In this document: one piece after another, positions 63,401 to 64,000 of the stretch
Layout: each line of letters opens with the position of its first letter
Position numbering within the stretch: position 1 is the first letter of the stretch
Origin: Ylistrum balloti
Taxonomy: Eukaryota
Assembly: GCF_031769215.1 (NCBI RefSeq)
Contig: NW_026782164.1
Span: 496,001-560,000 of the forward strand
Direction of reading: 5' to 3'
Length of the DNA stretch: 64,000 nt
Program-made: the position numbers and the translations under genes
The notes under the pieces: model-generated
What the model was told of the DNA's origin: nothing
The model's input: the letters and a program-made list of their open reading frames with translations, nothing else
Database searches by the model: none

Positions 63401-63926
63401 GTTTTTTTTTACTATACGAAATATGCAGTTACTTGGAGTCACCTGGTGGACAAAATACAAGCCAGACACTGAAGTAAAAGATTCTGGTATTGAACTTACC
63501 GAATCGCTTTCTAACCAGGAAAACCACGATGAATGTCGGTCAACACACCAGCTTGAAGGTAAAATGTATTCATTGAGATATCATGGTTTGAAGTAATTTA
63601 ATCAGCACCTTCTGTCAACTTTCCGTTGGGTTTTTAAACACTCTGTTTCGTCATATTTTCTTTTTCTTTGAACAATATATTGTATGCCGGCACCGTCTTT
63701 TTATTTTTTCGCAGCAGTAGACAATAAAGCCGACCACGAGTTTACACCCTGGTATAGACGTGCGCTTGATATAGCGTGTGGAAGCTCGGAAGACCAAGTG
63801 ACAGAAATCGACATCGATCACAGAAAACAATTTCTCCATCAGACGAAGTGTGCCAAACAAATTCTGAACATCAATGCCGCCATACTTGTCATGGTTGTCT
63901 GTTTTTTGTCAGGATATTTTAACTAA
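54491..63926 (+). CDS. Sodium/glucose or sodium/myo-inositol cotransporter (SLC5A, SGLT/SMIT-like), complete, 644 aa
   Basis: Exons 54491-54571, 56830-56901, 57641-57745, 58280-58339, 58462-58566, 58776-58881, 59272-59352, 60082-60287, 60991-61126, 61825-61932, 62107-62257, 62517-62685, 62850-63062, 63429-63558, 63715-63926 (1935 nt in frame). SSS motifs [53 protein letters not shown]. Subfamily not assignable by eye. Confidence 0.96.
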
Positions 63927-64000
63927 ATCGGAAGGTTGGTTTCAGTAACTTAAACACGGTATACTCCGTGGTTTACAAATGATTACCTCCACAGATATGT

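Noticed and set aside
86-63860. Remaining 60-120-aa ORFs in the supplied track
   Set aside because: Mostly non-ATG starts in AT-rich intronic or intergenic DNA, or antisense to real exons, with no protein-like motifs.

Overview
Eukaryotic, AT-rich, intron-containing DNA, most likely from a bivalve mollusc (inferred from the gene families and the SINE type, not proven). Eight protein-coding genes could be assembled by hand from splice sites: (1) the 5' part of an SLC16/MCT transporter (-), head-to-head with (2) a complete 9-exon RABGGTB (+, 330 aa); (3,4) two tandem 4-coding-exon genes for secreted four-EF-hand proteins (-, 141 and 153 aa, IMSP5-like) that are absent from the ORF track; (5) a RING-less B-box/coiled-coil/beta-propeller TRIM-like gene (-, 530 aa); (6) a single-ORF 170-aa protein I do not recognise, ending in CaaX (CMVM), with a TATA/Inr promoter and an adjacent STAT-type GAS palindrome; (7) a 9-exon STAND/NB-ARC-like TPR gene (-, 1040 aa) with degenerate nucleotide-binding motifs, no N-terminal effector domain and a frameshifted C-terminal array of 15-aa repeats; (8) a complete 15-exon SLC5A sodium/sugar cotransporter (+, 644 aa). 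Intergenic DNA and introns hold decayed Penelope-like, Tc1, MULE, MITE and SINE elements and 28-, 45- and 71-bp tandem repeats. The best candidates for undescribed biology are the co-oriented TRIM / CaaX-orphan / degenerate STAND-TPR block (22.5-47.6 kb) and the hidden secreted EF-hand pair. All coordinates and translations were derived by eye and no database search was run.
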